A DNA stretch of 62,787 bases, filler included, from Polymyxa betae A26-41 (GCA_003693705.1; 7 parts of 7 records of this genome joined end to end with filler, not necessarily neighbours in it); one strand, 5' to 3'. Positions 24,901-38,019 are shown, counted from the whole stretch's first letter. The notes: generated from the sequence alone by a model not told the origin. Made by a program: numbers and translations.

Positions 24901-25944
24901 GATTTCTTCAAACTCGCGCTCGACTCCATTCTCCATGATCTTCGGCAGGACGCCGCGGGCCAGTACGCCCTCGACCAGGTCACCGAGGTCATGGCCGCAT
25001 TGCGGGCTGCGCATCGCGAGCGCTGCCAATCCATCCAGCAGATGCTCCAGGACAATTTCCTGATCGCGTTCTATCGGGACCTGCCGCAGGCCGTGGACCA
25101 GTACAACGCCATGTTTCGGCACGGGGACGACGACGGCCTCTCCGTGGTGTCCGTGGCCGCGACCCTCCAGCAGAAATGGTCCCAGGAGGACCTGCTGGGT
25201 CCGCTGACGGAGATGAACTCGAAGCTGGATGCGGATTTCAACGAGGCGATCGCTGAGGCTGAGCGCATTTTGTCCTTGGAAAATCGCCCCGATCGGATCG
25301 GGAAATCGATCTCCATCTACGACTATTCGATACGATTCGATCAGAACACGATCGACCGCATTCAGGAATTCATCGATGTCTATAATAAGCTGTCTGGTGC
25401 GGAAATGCGATATCGTTTTTGTCTTTGGTGATTAATCGAAGTTGTATCAGATTCGATCCAAAGCGATCTGCAAGAGATTCTGCGACCATTCAAGAACATT
25501 CAATCGAAGAAGTATCGGAAAGACAAAAGAGGCGCCCTGTCTCGTTGCGAAGACGCCTTTGAAAGTGCGGCAACGGGCGCTCGTATCAAGATCCGAGCCC
25601 TAACTCAACAGTGGCTGAAACAGATCTTTATGGATTCTTCAAAGCTGATCATGGCCACATTGCCATCGTTCTCGTTGAATCCGGCGCTAATCGCATCACA
25701 TCGGTACCATCTTTCGGAGATTCTGTTCAACGTGGGTTTACCGGCTGCAATCAACGCCATCAATTCCATTCAGTACGAGATGGAGAAGGTTTTGGAATTT
25801 AAGCGCCAAGAATGTGGTCTGATCGTTGGTGCATCAACTTATGGCACTCTGGCAGCCGAGTTTGTGAAAATCAAAATCGGATTTGTCAAAGATCTCACCA
25901 AGCTCTTCGACCATCAAAAACAGATTCCTTCGACCACCCAATAA
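21946..25944 (+). CDS. Large multi-exon hypothetical gene or pseudogene (Cys-rich N-terminus, acidic linker, helical C-terminus)
   Basis: Successive + strand ORFs 21946-22242, 22229-22756, 22946-23446, 24526-25431 and 25630-25944, separated by short AT-rich or repeat-filled intron-like gaps. No recognised domain. Confidence 0.45.
23690..23925. repeat. ~70-bp minisatellite, ~3.5 copies (intronic)
   Basis: Unit TTTCTCGATTGCTTTGTTACCTATTTTATAACCGGGCCTGYGGGACCYACTTTCACCA. Confidence 0.9.
24401..24601. repeat. 67-bp tandem repeat, 3 copies
   Basis: Unit TTATGTTACATGGAGGCCAT...TGTTTCAGCCCCAGTCAGGTTCTTGTTAATC starting at 24401, 24468 and 24535. Confidence 0.9.
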
Positions 25945-26912
25945 ACTTCATATCCGTCCGTTACAAATCTGTATATTAATACAGAAGCATCAAAGAGGTC
26001 ACATTCAGCTCATGGATTTCGTCATGCTCGTCGTCAATCCAGGAGGCTGCTATGCTCATTGCCATCGCTGGGAGCAGGTTAGGGTTTAGGGTTTGCATTC
26101 TGCTGGAAGCTGTACCGTTGCTTCATCCCAGCCTATCAATTGTAAAAATATGGATCGTCTCTGTCTTGATAGCCACCTAATATTCAACATACCCGTTATT
26201 GAGCCCGACCTTTGAGCTGCCAAACACGCCTCTTTCACAAGATCACGTTACAAATGTTTCGTTACAGTCCGCAGACACTTGGGCTCGCGACGGCTTTATA
26301 AAAAAAGGCTCGCATAAAATCTGATATCTACTTTTTAGTGATCGGCTGATCGCTTTCCTCCAAAAACGATGTTGTGAGAAGCTCCACCTGCCTTATTCAA
26401 TTACAAACTCTTTCCCGTTTGGTGTGATCACCTTCCACTAGTAGCTGACAATACTTGATTACGGTCGAACGTTTTGTCGCCTAGTGGAAAGAGGCCGCGC
26501 TGTCCCCTACTGGACACCATCGTTACAGCTATCCCCTGATGGACAGCGCGCCCCTCTCAATCATTTGTTGTATGGAATCTTCTCGGTTGTCTATAATCTG
26601 TGAAAAGCGAAGTAAATTCTGCCGCCCTTTCCTAGTCCCATGGGCGGCCATCGGCCCTGTGCCTTGCAGCTTCCAACCACACCAATTGATCCAAACCTAG
26701 GTAGCCTGGTTTAATGTGATCTGGGTATTGGATCAATTTGAATACAAAAGGGCCCATTTGGACAGATTAATCTGCATACAAATGTGTCCTTTTACAGATT
26801 AATCTTTATCAGATGAGTCCATTTGGACAGATTAATCAGTTATTCCGATCATTTGTTGATTGATACCAAAGAGCTGTCCCGTTCATTTTCCATCCGTCAT
26901 CGTATATTAATC

Positions 26913-27779
26913 ATGTCGGCATTTTCGCTCATCCTGGCCGTTCTGCTGGCTACAGCGTCATTGACATCGGCTCTTACAGAAGAGACTGTAGTTGCTAAGA
27001 TCGCCTCTCTTCATCAGAGCCTGTCCGATGCTGTTAGTCTTGATCAGGTGTCTCTGGGTGATCTTCGCGAACTCATTAAATATTACTCTCCAACATCATC
27101 ATTCTTATCATACTATTCATTATTGTGGTTTAAACGTCAATATGACAATCACCTGATCCAATCTCTTCTCGATTCCGAAAACATTCACGAAACTCAATTC
27201 GGCGCCATTCTACTATCAGTTTATCCTACAACATCATCCAATCTTGTTATAAATCTATTGGAGGCTGCTAAACAATTCAATAATTTCACTCCGAACTATC
27301 ACCTAATTCTATCCCGCATGAAATCTTCCCACCAAGAACAACTCGCTATCGAGGTCTGCGACCGTTTTCTCTCCAATGACGACTCCATCATGGAATCGAA
27401 CTTCATCAGAGGAAGTTGCATTCGGACTTTCTGGGACCTTTTAATTGAAAATCTGTCTGCATCATCAATTCGAACAGCCTCTATCTGCCTTTCTCTGAAA
27501 CTCACTCCCTTCTGGTGGACCTCACTATTCGAATCTCTCATTCGTGATCTAATGCCTAGCTATGAAGGGCAGATTGGTTGGGATAATGAGGCCTGGGAAT
27601 CTACCGCTTCTCGTCAGTTTTTCGAGGAGATTGATGGCGCTTTGAATCCCGCTTGCGATAAGCAGGAGTATTTTCACGAAGTCGTGATTCGATGCTGGAC
27701 GATGAACATGGAAAAGTCCCATGAAATCGTGTTTCAAAGTTTGATGGGATCGCACTTCGTCTATTCTTACTTCGAGTAA
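26913..27779 (+). CDS. Intronless secreted protein, 288 aa (candidate effector)
   Basis: MSAFSLILAVLLATASLTSA-LTEE is a classical signal peptide. The ORF is uninterrupted and Leu/Ser-rich, predicted helical. Confidence 0.7.
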   Translation: MSAFSLILAVLLATASLTSALTEETVVAKIASLHQSLSDAVSLDQVSLGDLRELIKYYSPTSSFLSYYSLLWFKRQYDNHLIQSLLDSENIHETQFGAILLSVYPTTSSNLVINLLEAAKQFNNFTPNYHLILSRMKSSHQEQLAIEVCDRFLSNDDSIMESNFIRGSCIRTFWDLLIENLSASSIRTASICLSLKLTPFWWTSLFESLIRDLMPSYEGQIGWDNEAWESTASRQFFEEIDGALNPACDKQEYFHEVVIRCWTMNMEKSHEIVFQSLMGSHFVYSYFE

Positions 27780-28413
27780 TGTTTCCGCCTGTCAAATCGT
27801 TGTATGGTGAAATCTGGTCTATAGCTACTCAGGGTCGCGATTCCTTGGAAAGAAGATCCAAACTTTATTAACTGACCACAAGCTGACGGACTGCGAGGGT
27901 CGGATAATCGCCAAGAATCTGCGGAAGTCTTTTCGCAGGTTTTTCCGACATCTACCGAATGATCTCTGGCTGCTCAAAAGATTAGCGCCTCATTCATTGT
28001 AAGTTGCGACGATGTAGTCCTGATAGGGTTTCTAAGATCGCTGGCAGGGCTGCGCAGGATCCCGAACTGTTTAGCGATTGCTGGTCGATATGGGACGAAA
28101 ACTTCCTTAAATCAAGGTCGCAATGTTTTCTTTTGCAAAATGATATTTTTATCGACATTTCCAACTTTTTCCCACACTAATTTGTGTCCCTGAGAGCGAT
28201 ATCGCTATTTCCAGATTATCGCTGTAATATGAAACTGGGTTTCCCCTTGCTCTTAAGATTTCTTGTTTTGCTTGGAGTTTTTTATGTTTTTTTTTTTGAC
28301 AATATGTGTCAGGTCTGATGTTGCGACAATTGCCTATAATCTCAGGGGTAGCGTGACGCGTAACATGGCCGAATCACATCAAATTCTAATGAAGAAACCT
28401 TCAATACGCTATT

Positions 28414-30420
28414 GTGAATTTTATTCGGCTTTCGGTTCTGCGAAGGAGGAAATCGCTGCGGACTTTGTCTGGATCGCCTGGATTATTAGCGAATTGTGAG
28501 TTTTTTATCATGAAAAGCGCCAAATCTGATACTGCTACAACATTCAGGCAGGTTTATAATCCATCAAAACCTCTTAGGAGACGTATGGAGTCTGCAAGAG
28601 CGGCTTTAAATCTGTTAAACCTCTCTCTCGGCCCTCACGAACATTTCAATCGTAATCTACTGGATGTAGTTCTGGGCGCCCTTCCTGCCATTAGCGAGCA
28701 GCAACTTACAGAAGTCTGTTTTGGTGTCCTCAATCATCCGCTATTCGAGAATTCGCAGTTTACAATGGACCAGCTGTCGGAAGCCGCCGCCAGAATCCAT
28801 AACATTGACGACCAGGTCAAAATTTTCTCTGCAGCCTCAAATCTTCCAGAGTTCGCCGAGCTGTTGAATCGGCGCTGTTTCTCAGGACAGTTCAGCTGGG
28901 GCTTTTGTAAACGGATGTCGCATAGCTCTCGGCAATCACTTCTTCCACTATTCCCGCAATATTCCATCTGTCAGTTATGTTACCCTCACTCTGATTTTGT
29001 TACACTGACCGCGAGTTAGTCCTAGATCCCGTTCGTCATTTTCGGCATCCCGAACAAGATCCCTCCATTCCTGAGCCCATCTTCAATAACAGAGACTTTT
29101 TCGAATTGTTACTCTCATATCGGAAAATTGAACAAGATCTCATACTACCATGGATGACCTGTCTCATGACAAGTCCGTTCTGGGCCAGCACGGCCGATAA
29201 TTGCGTGATTTTACTCGAAGTGATTGGTTCGTCGCGAATCAATTCCGAAACCTATCTGGAGCTGCTGTCTGTAATGTTACATTATGCGAATCTGGCTGCG
29301 GATCTGGATAGTCGTCGTGATACTTTGTGGAATCTCTGCGTTCCCTTCATACAGTCATGGTTCAGTGATCCATCTGCTGACGATCTCATGTTGATTCTTA
29401 ACAAGTTCCCGGAGTACAATCTCGGTAACTTTGACACCTTGAATATGATAACTTTATTAATGATGGGATTTAGTTCTAAACCCGATGCAGATATTTCATC
29501 AGCCTGAATATGAATCATTCATTGAACAACACATTCACTATCCCCGCTTCTTCGATTTGTTAGAATCAGCGCTGCCTTCCCTTAACCCCGAGCAAATTCT
29601 TCCAACCGCTATTCTCATGATTCAATCTCCCATCTGGGATAATTCTGAGCAATTTGACGATCTATTTCGATCGATTGTCACATTGCTGGATGCCTCATCT
29701 CCCTCCTACGACCTCTCCGGTTTATTGGCAGCGATCTTACAAAACCCGAAGGCCGTTTCCAGATCCATTCGCGGGCTGATCGTGTCTCCTCTTCGACGTT
29801 TACTACTTCGTTTATTCGATCAATTATCCGGAGATCAACAGAAAGCTGTCTGTGATACCTGCCCCCGTTATACTCGCGGTATTCCCTCCATCATCACACA
29901 TCAATTCTCTCTTAATATATCAGATAGATCTGCTGGCCAGAGTCCGACCCTTCAAAATCACACAAGATAATCTGGAATCTGTAACGTTATCTGCCTTTTA
30001 TTTTCAAAACTCATTGAGAATTGTGCAGGTGCGGAATTTCGTTACTAACAAATGTGGAATTTGTTTGGATGGAATGCTGGATCGGAATGGCGAACCCGTT
30101 CCTGTCGAGGACCTTGATGATGTATTTTGATTTTTGAGAGAGAAAACTTCCCTGAGTATTTGTGTTTAGGTGAAACTTGAAATCTGTTCCCTGCATTTCT
30201 GTGAACATTTCCTGCATCTGGATTGTGTCAAAGGGTTCATGACGGCACGTCACGGCGCTCTCCGCTGCCCTGTTTGTAGGACAGATATCGAGAAACTTGT
30301 TCATTTTGGATAAAAATTTTCGGATCAATAAAATGAGACGCTGTTTGAGACATGAACCGGAATGTGAGTCACAGATTCTGCTCCTCCAAATCTTGGTTCC
30401 CACCTCTAATCGGCTTTCTA
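28414..30420 (+). pseudogene. Helical-repeat protein with a C-terminal RING-H2 finger (E3 ligase-like), disrupted or spliced
   Basis: ORF chain 28414-29019, 29106-29507, 29485-29970, 29852-30130. RING motif CGICLD...CEHFLHLDC...RCPVCR lies at ~30050-30285 with in-frame stops in the loop. Confidence 0.6.
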
Positions 30421-30879
30421 TAAAACAAGCATTGCTCTGACAGACTATCACCTTCCGCTACTTCAATAGTCACGCTACTGTTTCCACAGGTGACGCATCC
30501 AATGCTCAATCTTCGGAGAACACGATCACCATCGCCATTGCTACCTTACCCTACCCTCCCGATGCAGGCAACCGTGCGGTTTCAAGGTGTCCTCGCAATG
30601 ATGCCACTTCGACGGTAACAGTATTGTGCGAGAATATCGTTACGCAGCAGGGAGTGGGGATGGAGTTGCCTTATGGCTATCCAAGCAACAGTAAAGCAGC
30701 TATTCAGTACAGTATCAGCTACCGGGTCTCAAAAACTGTAGCAACAGGGAGACACCATAATTTTTTCTTTCCATCAAAGATAATTTTTCACACAGCTCAT
30801 ACTTTCACAGCAAAATCTATAGCCATGCTATCGAATATACTAACAATACAACAAGCTCGTACAGTAACCAAGTAAGAAC

Positions 30880-31889
30880 TTATAGTATGCAGAAAACGAC
30901 CACAAGTGTTGATCACATACCACACAAACAAACACCTACAGATATATACGATTCCCAGCAATACACAACGATTACTCTCAAACAAAGATGACGATCTTAA
31001 AGAAAGAAAATCGAATATGACAACATATTGTAGTAGACCGGCTCATCCCAGAAAAAAAGTAGGAACAGCCCATTGATGAAATGTCCGCGGAGAACATCAG
31101 TAGTAACAGTCAAGGAGATAACACAAAAGTAACAGCTTACATGAATTACGATACAGACAAGAGGCCGCACAAAATCAAAGCCACATAGTCATGTTTGATC
31201 CCAACTCAGAATACGCAACCCTCGCCAACTCAATATACTTGACTGCTTAACACAAGCATTCCCCACAACGCTGGCAATCCAGCTAACACACAGCCCACAC
31301 TCTGGAAAAGTTACCAGATCCCAGCGCGACTTTTGGACAAAACAGCTCAACCATTAGATAAAGAGATGCCAAATCGTGGCAAATAACATAATAGTTGGAC
31401 AGCACGGCCGAACGGCTGACACCATCCTGCGCCGATAAAATCAACACAAACACAAACCTCAACCTTCACTTTCGTGACAACCTATTCAAAGCCCACTTAA
31501 AAATATCCATGATTCATGAAACGTGTCTGATCAACGCGATGAAGCTGGAATCGAATATGATCTGCATGTTGAAGGATGTGTCAATATTGCAGAATAATTC
31601 AAGAAAAAGACTATTATTTTAATTACAATAAATATAATCGGCCCTATATTCAGGACGAACCCAGCCACGGACTCAAGTGGACTCCGTGACGGAATAACCG
31701 GGCTGGATCTGGGAGCTGGATACAGACTGAAGCTTGGCTCGATCATGAAGCTTGAATTCGTCGAACTGCTACAAAGACGTCTTATCTAGCACAAGATGAC
31801 TGTGATTACTACTGTAAAGAGTCTCCGAATCATTCTGGCGCAATGTCAGTCGAATATGACGAGGACGACTCCAGATATGAAGCAGAAGA
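30880..31889 (+). mobile_element. Highly decayed non-LTR retrotransposon-like remnant
   Basis: A-rich strand. TYRYIRFP resembles the YKYLG RT motif, and a Cys/His trace (CDYYCKESPNH) lies near the end. Many stops. Confidence 0.25.
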
Positions 31890-32021
31890 NNNNNNNNNNN
31901 NNNNNNNNNNNNNNNNNNNNNNNNNNNNNNNNNTTAATTAATTAANNNNNNNNNNNNNNNNNNNNNNNNNNNNNNNNNNNNNNNNNNNNGACATTGATCG
32001 CTGTTGCTTATCTAGTCTCGA

Positions 32022-32150
32022 CAGTTTTTGACCAACCAATTGACCTATTTTCTTGAAAATGACCTAATTCTGACCTACATTACGGACATTTTACTGCGAC
32101 CTAAAATTGACTTACAGCCCCCATTTTGACCTACAAATTGACCTACAAAA
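32022..32150. repeat. Subterminal TGACCTA repeats of a DNA transposon end
   Basis: About 8 copies of (T)TGACCTA following CAGTTTT. Confidence 0.55.
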
Positions 32151-33507
32151 ACTAAACCCTACGTTTTCACTTCAAATCTCGACTAAATTTGATTTTTGTC
32201 TGTAGTTTGTAGTTCAAACTTTTCGTATTGGAAAGAATGACAGTACATACAAAAGAATGTATTGAAAGCTTATGTTGAGAGAGGGCAGGGATGCGAGTCA
32301 AACATCCGATGTCTTTCAAACAAATCCTGTCATCGGTTTCTGTCGAGATCAGGTAAGACAATCTGAATTGTTGTTCCTTGTACATAACGCCGAACTCGGG
32401 TAGACACCAAGCACTGTTTTTTGGCTGGCGCATCCCTGTTCGTGTTCACTTGAACGGTCAATCTGCGACTGCGTCTTTGACCAACGGAGGTCGGCCTTGT
32501 TCTAGCTCCTGTTTGACGGCGCTAACACTGAAATTCAAAAGTCAGTCAAAGAGATGTCATATGCTCAAACGATTAGATACTCGATCTTCGAAATTCGTGA
32601 ATCTGTGGTTGAGTATCAAAGAATGTTAGGGCAGGACCCTATGACTGCATGATTTGTGAGTCACGAGCTTTCTATCAGATAGACTCAATCCAGAGCCATC
32701 AATTCGAGATTCAATAAGCTTGAACGAAGTAATTGGCATCATTAATGGATTAGCGGGATGATGAAGTACAATCAAAATACAGATATTATGTCAATGAACG
32801 GTCGTGCCTTTGCAAAATAAAGGAAAGGCAGAGCGATCAGCGGTTAGAACGTCGCCTGAACTCAACTCGAAACAAATACCTGTTCCGATATCTTCTTTGC
32901 TAAAAACCTAAGGCAGCAAACATAGTGATAGACATTTCGCGACATATCCATCTAATTTAAATTTACAATACCTCCAAAATAATAGCATTTCTATAGTTTT
33001 CGGGTTGTCCAACAACGAAACCGGGTCTCCAATAAGAAATGTTATCCCCTGCACGGATTTCTAAACTGTAAAAACGTTACAGTCAACTTATTTGTAGGCT
33101 GCTCTTATCAACTTTGTTGGGGCAGTATCGACTCTGGAGCGCCTCATCCGATTGCGATCTTGACATCCTCGCAGCATGACTCGGTAACGCTCTGAATTCG
33201 CACATATTCTAACTACATTATCGCACACATTACCTGATCGATCGGTTTGATATCCTGACGACTGTGCATCATTTTGTTGAGTGCTGGTGTCTGACACCAC
33301 ATCTGCGTTAGGGCTCATCAATATCGCAGCCATATAAGAGCATGTTTACCGGGCGCAGTTATCGTTATCGTTATCGGTATATTTGAGGATAACGATAACG
33401 AAATTGCGTTGCACCGCGACATAGTTTTTTTAATAAAGGCAATTACATTTAACGAATCGTTATATCGCGCATTAAATCTGAGGTTCTGTCTCACGATATC
33501 GTTTATC

Positions 33508-34398
33508 ATGGTAGGAGAGGCTAGAATCCAATCACAGGAAAGGCAGAATGGGCCCGGCAAGGTTTCTGGAACAAAAAACTTTCAGCCTGTGGAAGATATC
33601 AATATCGCCAAAGCTTATAAAGAGGTCACTCTTGATGCTGCTGTAGGCACTGATCAAGATAGCAATGCTTATTACAATCGAATTAGCGAAAGATTCTCAG
33701 CGTTGATGGGCGATGCAAAATGCAAGATCGTACCGCCGATGCGATAAAGAACCGATGGCTGAATTCAATTCAGAAGGCTTTATTGAAATTTACTGCCTGT
33801 ATGAACAAAGCTGTCTCAGAGTATCATTCTGGATGGCAGATAGAGAATTACGTTAGTCTGGCGAAGCAGAAGTTTCAAGGTGAAACGGGAAAGACCTTTA
33901 TCCATGAGCTCTGTTGGCTGGAAGTCAAAAATCTGCCAAAATTCTGTATTTCTACCGATGATATGACACCGCAGATGGTCTTGCAATTGGACGAGCCTGA
34001 AGAGGATGAAAACGATAGCTGCAATGAAAGCAGAAGTTAAACTTCCAGGATCGGTGTCGTCCATGCGCTATTTGAAAATGAACCCTAGACCAGCCCTAGG
34101 CAAAAACGCTGCGGAGAAGTTGAAAGAAACTTCTGGGGCGGCCAGTGTTGAGAAAGCCGCTTATTATAAGCGAATGGCAATCAACGCTGACGAGCGTACT
34201 GCTTTCCAAAAGGAACGCTTCACTTTGTCGCTGTTTGCTTTGAATCCAGAGTCTGAGGAAGCCCGGCGGTACCTCAAAACCGAACAGGAAGAGGCTCTGA
34301 TTGATGCCGAACTAAACTTAGCTCGTAAGAAACGGGAGTTGACTGAGCTCCAGTCAGCAGGCGCAGGCAGCCATGATGAGGACGAAGCTGATGCTTGA
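33508..34398 (+). pseudogene. Harbinger ORF1 (Myb/SANT + NAM-associated), frameshifted
   Basis: NFQPVEDINIAKAYKEVTLDAAVGTDQ...YYNRI, RTADAIKNRW, KTFIHELCWLEVKNLPKF, PRPALGKNAAEK. Confidence 0.85.
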
Positions 34399-34419
34399 TT
34401 TATTATCATTAAATAATAA

Positions 34420-35779
34420 ATCATGTTCTTGATTGCCAGTATGGTTCCATAAGTGCTCTATCAAGTGATTCCGAAGCTTCCGATGCATTGCAGCATCTTG
34501 TATTCGGGACATTTCGATCGCTGCTTCACTTTCAATGTACACGAATCCTGACCTCCTAGCAGAAACAGTAAATGTATGATTCGGAACATACCTACCTTGA
34601 TTGATGTAATTAGAATCCAAAGCGTTCTGCTTCTCATAGTCCAGAATCATATTGTGAAGAATAACACATATCTTCATGACTGAATACAGGGCATCACGAC
34701 ACCTCAGCATACAAGGTCGTCAAACTATGGAATCGCGCTTGCAGCATTCCGAATGCTCTGTCGATATCCTTCCGCTTGCCCTCCTGCATAGATGAAAATT
34801 TGCCCTCCTTTAGGGTTTTCGGATTGCTGATTTTTTTGACGAAGCAGTGATGGTTAGGATAAATCCCATCGGCTAGCCAGTTTGGGATGGTGTATGTATT
34901 CCCGTTTACCTGATTAGAAGTACATTGTCAGTGATTGACAATCATAGGAAACAGGAAACCTTGTAGTTAACAGTCGGCGATCGGCCATTAATAGCATCGT
35001 GCAGAAGAGTTGACCGATCCAGGACGTTAATGTCGTTCAGCGAGCCTGGCATTCCAAAACAACAGTGCCAAAACCGGCAAGAACGGTCAGCGACCGCCTC
35101 TAATACCACTGTTGGCGTCCCTTCTCTGCCTGTGAACATTCCCGCCCAAGCAGAAGGGCAGTTTTTCCAGGTCCAATGCATGCAGTCGATGGAACCAATG
35201 CATCCAGGCCATCCTTGTCCATAGCTTTGATCTAGTAGTTTGTTTAGGTCTTGGGTAGTTAGTTTACGAAGAGCATGATCGCCATAGATTGCCTCAATTG
35301 CAGCACAGAAGCGCATCATGGATTGTCGGGTCGTGACTTTGGACATTCGAAATTTATCATCTTGATGTTCTGCCGAATCACCTGAAGCTAATATAGGAAC
35401 GACATTGCTAATCTTTTGGCGTGCACTGAGGCCTAATCTTTTACAGGCGTCCCGTTTCTGGATAAAATAATTGTCGTACTCCGGCACTTTTTAAACGATC
35501 ATGTCAAACAGGCCAATCGGAAGGCAAAACCGAGCTTTAAAATCTTCGGCATCATAAACTGGATTAGGACACCAGTAATCCTCATGAAGAAGCTTATCGT
35601 AAAGGCCCCGCCGACGATCTTTTATTAGGAGATCGGCGTTTTCGGGTCTTGCTTGCCTCTTCTTCGCTGGACGAATCATCCATAAGTTCCTGCATGATCC
35701 TCTGGAGGTCGCTACAATCCGCGCTGTCAGAAACATATTGATCAGGACGAAATTGCTCCCAGAATGCATTTAGATCCAT
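34420..35779 (-). pseudogene. Harbinger DDE transposase (Plant_tran type), disrupted
   Basis: YFIQKRDACKRLGLS, GWPGCIGSIDCMHWTWKNCPSAWAG, PTVVLEAVAD...GMPGSLNDINVL, WLADGIYP, CVILHNMI. Confidence 0.92.
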
Positions 35780-35918
35780 GCTATCGTTCGATCGTCAGAT
35801 TTAACGATTTGTCGATTTTTGAATACCGGTGCGAAACCCGCGCGAAAGCGTTAAGCGAAGTTTACTGATTTATTAACAATAACGATAACGATAATCGCCC
35901 CCGGTAAACATGCTCTAA

Positions 35919-36200
35919 CGTGAAATACCTTCCGGGTTCAACAAATGACCGTTGATTCCAGTTTCTTCCGGGGTTGGACAATCAGTGGGACCACGGCCAG
36001 CCTTACTGGTTTCTGCAGCAAACATCTATTAACTGGGAAGATGCATGTCAAAAATACAGTACCGCTCTCTGGAGCATTGATTTGTTTTACCAAAACTCGG
36101 CTGAAGGTTGATACATGGCCATCCGGCCACACATACTGTTGTTGATTCCGGATTAATTGGGCAATCAACATGACACGTCACGAAGGCCCAATTTCATAAG
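35919..36200 (-). pseudogene. Possible ULP1/C48 peptidase remnant split by the Harbinger insertion (continues at 33088-33334)
   Basis: LAVVPLIV-(frameshift)-PGRNW resembles VP....NHW. On the other side of the insertion, TQQNDAQSSG resembles QQ.D..SCG. Confidence 0.3.
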
Positions 36201-36663
36201 GGCAATCGTCTAGCCTGGATTGGTATTGATTAGCGCCACCAGTAAAAAAAACGATTTTGTGAAATTTCAGCCCCTACACAAAACTGTTGCCTTGGACATT
36301 GCTTGGAGATGATGGCATGGCAATGAGCAATTTTTCCATATGCTCTTTCACTACAGTCAGTGGACCAAGTAAAATTCTATCTTTGCAAACAGATTGAACG
36401 GGCTGCTGCAGCAATCTTCTATTCGTGATGAAAAGCAACGCTTTGGGATACTCGACCGACTTAATTATGGATTTGTGACTCATCTGAAGAATCTCGTCAA
36501 TGTCCATGACATCTAAGAAACAGTTAACAAATCGAAAAAATCAGTTAATCCCAACTGCAATAACCTGACTTGGAACAATCTTCTTCGTGATCGGTTGTAC
36601 TGGAAGTGCTATCATCCAGTGAAGTTATCCGGAAAGTCGCGGATCTTCTCGCAGGTAGTTTTA

Positions 36664-37960
36664 GGCTCACCAATAGTTTTGCGAGTCAAGTAAAGTCTCG
36701 GAATAATAGGAAAGTCGGCCAATAGTTTTAGTTTACGCAGTCCGGGAATGCAGTTTTGACCTGAATTCTGGATTATCATCGTTGATCAAGAATGGATGAT
36801 AGCGATCCCGATTCTGATCAAGACTTGATCGATATTCCAGATGATGAAATTTCTGCTATTTCTTCAGTCTGTGTTGCGGCTGCGAACATTGCTGATATCT
36901 TCCATGCTGATGAGTTTATTAACCAAGACCAACCCTATGTTGATCACAGCGAAGGCGTTCGCGATCAATTAGCTACTTTGCGGCGAACTCCTTTATTTAA
37001 AGTCCTCACTAATTTTACACAGGCGGAATTCGAAAAGCTGTGCTCTAAGGTGTGTTACACGATATCAATGAATGCTCGTTCGACAGGCCAGCAAAGAGTC
37101 GTGTCTGGAAGACTTCCTAAGCTGAGTCCAGAGCAGCGGGTTCTCCATTTTGTGTTATATTTAAAACTACGATAATATTGTTCAACTGGAAGCCTATGGA
37201 TGGAATTACGCGCCTTCATTTTCTTGCGACGATTCGATCTTCGTCGCTTCTTGTATAAACGAGGCGTTACAAGATGAACTTTCATGGACGAACGAGCATC
37301 GTCGGAGAACGTTGGCAGAGCGCTTGCCAGAATTTCAGGGCTGTATAGGTCATATCGATGGGACCCTTGTGCAAATCCGTCGGCCATCGAGCAAGGAGAA
37401 AAAGAAACTACACAAGAAATGGTATAATGGCCGAAAAGCTATGTATGCCTTTAACAACACTGTTATTGTTGACCACGATGGCCTTTTTATTTATATTGAC
37501 CCGGGATATCCGGGCTCTTTCCACGATGTCAACATTCTTCGAGCATCTGATTTCCATGCAAACTGGAGAGAGTATTTCCGACATGATGACTATTTTGAAT
37601 ACGTCTTAGGAGATCCAGGGTATATAGGTGAAGAGATGTATATAATGCGAAGGGTCGACAAAACAGAAGCTACGATGGATGGCGATATCAGCGTTGCTGA
37701 TGCATTCAATGCAATGCATGCTGGGTATCGGGTCAAAGTTGAATGGGGATTATTGGGTATGGAGACGGTTTATGAAGCTACATGACGCTTCCCATCAGAA
37801 ATTCCCTCATCTTTTTCGTGCTGCTGCTGTTTTGACGAACTTTATACAGCGCCGGCGCCATGATATGGCTGGAGAGGTAGGTCTCATGCTTCAAGATGAT
37901 GTAGGTTGGGGTGGCGAATTTTAAACAGCCGTTTATTCAAAAACTCAAAACTCATCTAAC
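36664..37960 (+). mobile_element. Second Harbinger (HARBI1-like DDE_Tnp_4) element, transposase ~36792-37924, frameshifted
   Basis: TTA|GGCTCACCAATAGTTTT terminus. Motifs GCIGHIDGTLVQIRRP, YNGRKAMY, GYPGSFHDVNIL, YVLGDPGY, FNAMHAGYRVKVEWG. Confidence 0.88.
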
Positions 37961-38019
37961 AATAAAATCCGAGCCTTATGATCGAACTCTTCTTTCGAGA
38001 TAAGGCCGATAGTACGAAA

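Larger units (their letters stand above)
33338..35915. mobile_element. Complete PIF/Harbinger (Pong-like) transposon, 2578 bp
   Basis: TIR GAGCATGTTTACCGGG / CCCGGTAAACATGCTC, TAA TSD on both sides, subterminal GTTATC repeats, and two convergent ORFs. Confidence 0.95.
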
